In this document: in pieces, positions 59,067 through 64,000 of the stretch | Numbering within the stretch: position 1 is the stretch's first letter | Layout of the letters: each line of letters begins with the position of its first letter | Assembly (NCBI GenBank): GCA_001780035.1 | Contig: MFEY01000005.1 | Span: 40,354 to 104,353, forward strand | Length of the DNA stretch: 64,000 nt | Direction: 5' to 3' | Origin: Candidatus Doudnabacteria bacterium RIFCSPHIGHO2_12_FULL_48_16 | GTDB taxonomy: Bacteria; Patescibacteriota; Doudnabacteria; UBA920; O2-02-FULL-48-8 | Translations under genes and position numbers: made by a program | Notes under the pieces: model-generated | Seen by the model: only the letters and a program-made list of their open reading frames with translations | Told to the model about the DNA's origin: nothing | The model's database searches: none

Positions 59067-60779
59067 TCAGTGCTTGCAGAACATCCGGAACATCTCGTCC
59101 GGACCCATGACCACGTTGACGCGGCGCTTCCGGCCCCGGCACAGCGTGCGGAAGGCCTTGTCGTTGAGCGAACCCGACGTAGCGAAGATCGCGCCCACAC
59201 CGGCCCTGATGAGCTTTCTGGGTCCATCGTTGAACGGGAAGAAGCTGTCGCTGACTGCGACGGAGCCCCTGATGTTGTGTCCGCAGCGGCGCGCACCATT
59301 CACCGCATGCTCGCAGGCCACGACCCGGGAGTTCTGGCACAAGCCCAGTCCCAGCATCATGCCGTTCTTGGTGATCACGATTGTGTTGCTATTGGCCGCG
59401 CCGCAGATGGCGAGGCCAAGCAGCATGTCCATGCGCTGCCGCTTGGTCAGCCGGCCAAGCTTCGTCAGATGTGGGTCGTTCAGGTTGAAAACCTGATCGC
59501 CCGGCCCTTGCCGAAGGAATTCGTCCGCCTCCAACTGCCGGAAGCGCTTGGCCACGCTCAGCTCGGTTGTGCCATAGCTGAAGCTGGAACTCACCATCAT
59601 CCGGCACCGGTTGTTGACCCGGCGGAGCTGTGCGACCGCACAATCGGTGACTGTCGGCGCCCACACCGCGTCAATCGGTCGCTTCTGCTTGCCCGTGAGG
59701 TAGGTGCGCAGCAGCGCGGCGGCCTCGTCATCGATGACGAAGTTGGTCATGACCGTGCCGCCGAACAAGGCGCCCGGATTGCCGGCGACCATGTTCCGAA
59801 TGGCGCGAAGCATGCCCGCGCCAGTATCGAAGTCAGCGATGCCCACACCGCACGGATTGCCGTGTTTGAGTCCGACGGCAATCGCGGGAATCGACAGCCC
59901 GTTCTTGCGGTAGAAGTTCTCGATGCGGGCAATCAGTCGACGACCGCCGTCAGCGTCCGTATAGTTGATGTATCCGGGTTCGCTTCCTTCCTTGCGCCGG
60001 AACGTGGACAGTGCTCCCTTGGCTGCGCGATCCTTGGAACCGAACCGGCGCATCAAGTCAGCGCCGCCCATCCAGCGATTCTCCGCGTAGCCCAACTTCT
60101 GGGCGCGCTCGAGGACAAGCACCGAATAGTCGCCGCCGCTTAAACGTTCGACCAGCGGGGCATAGTAGGCCAGGTTGTTGGCCAGGGCTTTGGCGATGCT
60201 GCGAGTAACAAACTCTTCTTCATTCGGGCGGCCAGCACGGAGCCAGTTAATGGTTTCCTGCCGGTCCTCCGGGGTGGAAACCACGATGCGTCCGCCCTTG
60301 CTGGCGGCCGTAGCCTGTGTCGGCCCGCCGACATCTATCGCTTCGATGATCGAGGCGATAGTGGCGTCAGGCCGTTCGAGCTCGGCATGCAGGGCGTAGT
60401 AATCAACGCACACGAGAGAGATTCTCACCATCCCCAGCGCTTCCAGCTGGTCAGCCATTGCCGTGGTGGCAAGAAGGACGCCGTGGATCTCAGCATGCTG
60501 GCCGGCAATCTGGCTGGCCCAATGGATGTTCTGTTCGGGAATGCGCTCCTGTTCGGGCTTCGCATTGTTGGCTGCCGTCAGCCGGCGAATCAGCGACGTC
60601 TGACGGAACTCCTCGACGCTGGTGACTGCGATGTCATGCTCCTTGAGGTAGCGGTAGGTCCCGCCGGATGAGATGATGCTAAAACCCAGTTCGACGAGGT
60701 TTCTGGCAAACTGATCAATCCCGTCTTTCACGCTGACGGAAATCAACGCATACAGCAAACTTGAAGTCATGTCTGTCAC
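59067..60779 (-). CDS. PurH-like bifunctional AICAR transformylase/IMP cyclohydrolase homolog (divergent, high GC)
   Basis: ALISVSVKDGI...SSGGT is the MGS-like IMPCHase N-terminus. GLKHGNPCGVGIA, LFGGTVMTNF, LGLGLCQNSRV and SDSFFPFNDG match AICARFT motifs. GC is much higher than the rest of the window. Confidence 0.55.
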   Translation of the reverse strand: MTDMTSSLLYALISVSVKDGIDQFARNLVELGFSIISSGGTYRYLKEHDIAVTSVEEFRQTSLIRRLTAANNAKPEQERIPEQNIHWASQIAGQHAEIHGVLLATTAMADQLEALGMVRISLVCVDYYALHAELERPDATIASIIEAIDVGGPTQATAASKGGRIVVSTPEDRQETINWLRAGRPNEEEFVTRSIAKALANNLAYYAPLVERLSGGDYSVLVLERAQKLGYAENRWMGGADLMRRFGSKDRAAKGALSTFRRKEGSEPGYINYTDADGGRRLIARIENFYRKNGLSIPAIAVGLKHGNPCGVGIADFDTGAGMLRAIRNMVAGNPGALFGGTVMTNFVIDDEAAALLRTYLTGKQKRPIDAVWAPTVTDCAVAQLRRVNNRCRMMVSSSFSYGTTELSVAKRFRQLEADEFLRQGPGDQVFNLNDPHLTKLGRLTKRQRMDMLLGLAICGAANSNTIVITKNGMMLGLGLCQNSRVVACEHAVNGARRCGHNIRGSVAVSDSFFPFNDGPRKLIRAGVGAIFATSGSLNDKAFRTLCRGRKRRVNVVMGPDEMFRMFCKH

Positions 60780-60939
60780 TCCCCCTTGAAAATCTAAAAG
60801 CTAAGCCTACTTAGCTTAGCCCCTATTAGCAACATACTAGGCGATTATCGATATATTGGCAAATAAAAACGAGGGTAACTCTAGGCAAGCGTCTGCGTGA
60901 AGCAGAACTTATCTAAAGTTACCCAAGCGGGCGGCGCCG

Positions 60940-61233
60940 CTAGTCGAGGTCGATGAATCCGAGCGGTTCGGCTGGCGTCGTGAGCGCCGACGGCTCGCCG
61001 TGAATGGCGACTTCGCTCGAGATGTCCGCGGCTGTGAGCGCTTGGGAACGAGCCCCGAATTCACCCACGTCGGCGCCGATTGTGGTCGATCCCCAGCCCT
61101 CCACCCGACGATCGTCCGTCGGATAGCTTATTGTGGTTGAGTCAAAACCAAATGGCCTCAATGTGTCCCCCTTAGTGAAATGTTTGCCCGAGCTTATTTT
61201 GTATATCCTGCCACGGAGACGACTCTCTGTCAA
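60940..61233 (-). CDS. hypothetical protein (GC-rich island)
   Basis: 97-aa ORF with no motif recognised. Its start overlaps a terminator-like hairpin. Confidence 0.25.
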   Translation of the reverse strand: MTESRLRGRIYKISSGKHFTKGDTLRPFGFDSTTISYPTDDRRVEGWGSTTIGADVGEFGARSQALTAADISSEVAIHGEPSALTTPAEPLGFIDLD

Positions 61234-61257
61234 CCCCGCCGCTCGCGAGAGGCAGGG

Positions 61258-61653
61258 TCAATATTCCAGTTTGACTGCCCGGTGGGCCGCCTTGTAGATT
61301 TGATCCAGGTAGTAATCCTGGTCAACAGGGTGATTTACCGGCCGGCCTTTGCGGTCAGTGGTGGCGTCGCGCAGCCAGATGACAGTTTGGCCGCCAATGA
61401 CGATAAACTCCAGGGATTCTCCCAGGTCCCGGATGCTGACAGTAATCGTCTCGGTGAGCGAGCGGCCCTGAGCCACCCGCCGGTAGCGCAGAATCGAGAC
61501 GTCGTTGGTAAACACCGAGTCCGTGGATTCTGTTGCCCGCTGCGGCTCCAGGGCGCTGCCCCAGCAAATCGCTGTCAGCGCGCGCTCGCGCGTACAGCCC
61601 CGGTAAAACAACGAACGCAACAAGCGAACCAAAGAAAGCATAAGCCTCTCCAA
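61258..61653 (-). CDS. hypothetical protein (GC-rich island), possible secreted
   Basis: 131-aa ORF with a hydrophobic N-terminus. A hairpin at 61227-61261 follows its stop. Confidence 0.3.
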   Translation of the reverse strand: MERLMLSLVRLLRSLFYRGCTRERALTAICWGSALEPQRATESTDSVFTNDVSILRYRRVAQGRSLTETITVSIRDLGESLEFIVIGGQTVIWLRDATTDRKGRPVNHPVDQDYYLDQIYKAAHRAVKLEY

Positions 61654-61723
61654 AATATAGCACCCAACACTAAAACCGAATGAATCGGTTTTAAGGTTCG
61701 GTGCTTATTTTGATAGGAATTAT

Positions 61724-61799
61724 GGTGCGCCTGGTGCGAATCGAACGCACGGCCTTTCCCTTCGGAGGGGAACGCTCTATCCACTGAGCTACAAGCGCC
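61724..61799 (-). tRNA. tRNA-Arg (anticodon CCG)
   Basis: Hand-folded. Acceptor gcgcttg/caggcgc (one G-U), D-arm gctc-agtggata-gagc, anticodon stem ttccc/gggaa with loop ctCCGaa, T-arm gtgcg-ttcgatt-cgcac, and an encoded CCA. Confidence 0.8.
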
Positions 61800-62674
61800 T
61801 ATATTAAAAATAAAACCAAGGAACCAAGGATAAAAATTGTTCCACTCCACATCCGCACAGTTATTTGTTCTTTATATTTTATACGGCTTAAGAAATACGC
61901 AGCTGGGATCGTCAATGTCCCCAGCATGGCGAACGTGGTCACGGGTAGCTGGTATATTAACCAGGAGAGTAAAAGTGCGGAAGTCGCCATACCAATCACC
62001 ATGGCGAGCCCGGTGTAGGTGCGGAAGCAACGGAATAGCTCTACGACCGGGTTTCGGTGTAAGGGCCAGATACTAATAATTATCCATATTAAGCTCCATC
62101 CGATCAAGTCCCCAATCAACCGGCCGGAAAGAAAAGTAAAATAATTAGGCGTATGAAAAGTAGCGAGCTTGTAGAACACAGTGGCTAAACCTGAAAAGAT
62201 TATCGAAGCGATCATAAATAATACTCCCCGGTCCCAAACTAAGTCTACGCGCGATAGTTTCTGCGGCCATACAAAGAACCCCACCCCTACAATAGCCAGT
62301 CCGAGTGCAGCCATTTGCATCGGCAGCAAGCGCTCACCGATCACGAAGATAGCTCCCAGACTGCTAGTCACAAACCCAAGCTTGCCGAGGATTTGAGCGG
62401 CAAAAAACTTACTTTCCACCAGACCCCAAATATTCAGCGTCAGTGCGGCTGCCGCCATAACTACCATGGCAAACCAGAATACATAAAAATACGGATCAGG
62501 GGGCGGTACAAAGAGTCCAGCGGCCAGTAAAACCGCAATTACGATCGGATGACCCGCGAGCGTAGGCGCATGGATAATCGTCAGTGAAGAAATTCCATCT
62601 TGGAAAAGTTTTTTTTTCAGCGTATCCCAATATGGCAGCATTAAATTGTAAATGATCGTAAGAAGAATCAACAT
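61799..62674 (-). CDS. polytopic membrane protein
   Basis: 291 aa with eight or more TM helices. Family not recognised. Confidence 0.5.
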   Translation of the reverse strand: MLILLTIIYNLMLPYWDTLKKKLFQDGISSLTIIHAPTLAGHPIVIAVLLAAGLFVPPPDPYFYVFWFAMVVMAAAALTLNIWGLVESKFFAAQILGKLGFVTSSLGAIFVIGERLLPMQMAALGLAIVGVGFFVWPQKLSRVDLVWDRGVLFMIASIIFSGLATVFYKLATFHTPNYFTFLSGRLIGDLIGWSLIWIIISIWPLHRNPVVELFRCFRTYTGLAMVIGMATSALLLSWLIYQLPVTTFAMLGTLTIPAAYFLSRIKYKEQITVRMWSGTIFILGSLVLFLI

Positions 62675-62678
62675 TGAA

Positions 62679-63193
62679 TTAGCGTCGAGAATTCCCTTTC
62701 CGGATCGGCATCATGTATTTCCGGGGATCAGTGTCTAGGTCAAGGTAAGAATCAACCAGTTCGCGCATTTTAGAAGATGTTGATTTGCCAAAAGAAACTA
62801 ATTCTACTCGGACACCTAAAACTTGTAAGTATTCTAGAAGAGGGATATAGTCGCCGTCCCCAGAGGCTAAAACTACCACATCGAGTTTCGGGATGAGCTA
62901 AACAATATCCATAACGATTCCGACATCCCAGTCCCCTTTTTAGCACCCCCGTAAAACGTCTGGAGTTCCTTGAGCTTTACTTCAAAGCCCGCTTTGCGCA
63001 AGGCGTCGAAGAAAGTTCCTTCTTCGGGCATATCGGCTTTGATGCCGTAAGCTATCGCTCGCACCATAGGGCGGTCGCCCACGGCGTCCTTCAAGACATT
63101 GTTAAAATTTACGCGGGAATTGTAAACATTTCTCGCCGTATAATAAAGATTCTGCACATCTACGAATAACCCAACTCTCTGCTCTGCTTTCAT
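62679..63193 (-). pseudogene. NYN/LabA-like domain gene disrupted by frameshift plus in-frame stop
   Basis: The upstream ORF has LFVDVQNLYY...RAIAYG. The downstream ORF has VVVLASGDGDYIPL..LGVRVELVSF. The connecting frame GDWDVGIVMDIV* is broken at a C4T5 homopolymer run and a TAG. Confidence 0.6.
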
Positions 63194-63289
63194 GTGTTTT
63201 CCTTTGTCATTCCGGACGCGATCCGGAATCTAAACAATAATTAATATTTAAAGATAAACTGGATCCTGAAACAAGTTCAGGATGACAGC

Positions 63290-64000
63290 CTAAAGAAGTT
63301 TATCCAGCGGCGGCTCAGGTAACTTCTCAGCTTCGACATCCAATTGCAAATTCGAGGCGTTCACGATCTGGCCGCGCAATTTAACGTAACCGTCAATCAC
63401 TGTCGCCATACTGTTATTCGTATTCTTGACGTGATTGGCCATGGTATCTAAACCCTTGCCGAACTTATCACTCTCTTGCTTGATGCCATTAATCATAGCC
63501 AGAACTTGCTGGGCCGCTTTGTTGATCTGTTGGCCGCGGAGAGAAACCAAAAACGTTTGCAGGGTCAGATATAAAGTATTCGGCCCAACCATGACAACTT
63601 TTTTATCTCGCGCATAGCTGCAGGTCGGTAAATCTTCCGCGACTTCCAGATATATTCCTTCGCTTGGGATAAACATCAAGGCAAAATCATAAGTGCCTTC
63701 CTGCGGCAAGATATATTTCTTATGGATTTCATCCACGCGCTTTTTGACGTCTTTTAGAAAAAGTTTTTTTTGCTCTTCAATTGATTCGTCAGTTTTCGCT
63801 TCCTTATATAGTCGGTAATTCTCCATGCTGAATTTGCTGTCGATCGGTAGGAGTAATTCCCCGACTTTGACAGCGGCATCGACCACTTCGCCGTTTTTGA
63901 ACCGATACTGAAATTTGGTAAACTCCTTGGGAAAAACCTGATTGAGCATATTCTCCAGCACTTCCTCGCCAAAGTTCCCGCGCATTTTGGGTGACGCCAA
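63290..64000 (-). CDS. rmuC: DNA recombination protein RmuC, C-terminal part (gene continues beyond window)
   Basis: ...KFSMENYRLY...YDFALMFIPSEGIY... is RmuC family. The ORF is open to the window edge. Confidence 0.75.
   Translation of the reverse strand: MASPKMRGNFGEEVLENMLNQVFPKEFTKFQYRFKNGEVVDAAVKVGELLLPIDSKFSMENYRLYKEAKTDESIEEQKKLFLKDVKKRVDEIHKKYILPQEGTYDFALMFIPSEGIYLEVAEDLPTCSYARDKKVVMVGPNTLYLTLQTFLVSLRGQQINKAAQQVLAMINGIKQESDKFGKGLDTMANHVKNTNNSMATVIDGYVKLRGQIVNASNLQLDVEAEKLPEPPLDKLL

Noticed and set aside
59070-60143. 357-aa plus-strand ORF antisense to the PurH-like gene, and similar long antisense ORFs (22982..23935, 8867..9634, 35109..35486)
   Set aside because: Long stop-free antisense frames are expected in GC-rich or strongly codon-biased genes. 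They have no motifs, and they overlap well-supported genes.
61814-61830. accaagga x 2 near the 3' end of the membrane protein gene
   Set aside because: It is too short, with only two copies, and it encodes ordinary hydrophobic residues (LGSLV).

Overview
This 64-kb window looks like a compact, gene-dense bacterial chromosome. Genes are tightly packed and often overlap, and the content is housekeeping plus cell-envelope functions. Housekeeping genes include mnmA, hppA, rarA, a DEAD-box helicase, fmt-def, gltX, pyrG, ftsEX, prfB, a dcd-dut-tmk-thyX dTTP module, secE-nusG-rplK-rplA, gyrB, pheS and a UvrD-type helicase-nuclease. Envelope functions include a GT2 (Dpm1-like) glycosyltransferase, a GT-C membrane protein, a TMTC-like TPR protein, a WecG/TagA glycosyltransferase and an M23 peptidase. 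The style fits a reduced-genome CPR/Patescibacteria-like organism, which is my inference from content and style only. I found two tRNAs, tRNA-Gln(CUG) and tRNA-Arg(CCG). I found no CRISPR array, no rRNA and no transposase or integrase.

The most unusual signal is a family of five short elements, 67-105 bp, bounded by near-perfect 13-14-bp inverted repeats (consensus ACCCCGTTAGAAGT ... ACTTCTAACGGGGT) with AT-rich, non-conserved interiors. Three copies exactly fill intergenic gaps, with one TIR abutting the start codon of the gene next to it. One copy supplies the 5' end of the GT2 gene. One copy is inserted in-frame inside rarA.

A second class is GC-rich CCCGCC/GGCGGG double hairpins inserted in-frame in mnmA, fmt, gltX and the TMTC-like gene. 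These resemble Rickettsia palindromic elements in behaviour.

Other notable points are the programmed +1 frameshift in prfB, three visibly GC-rich patches, one of them a PurH-like island next to tRNA-Arg, and an AT-rich gene next to tRNA-Gln. There is also a disrupted NYN-domain gene and a shared roughly 40-aa N-terminal module on an ABC ATPase and a membrane protein. All coordinates are 1-based on the given strand.
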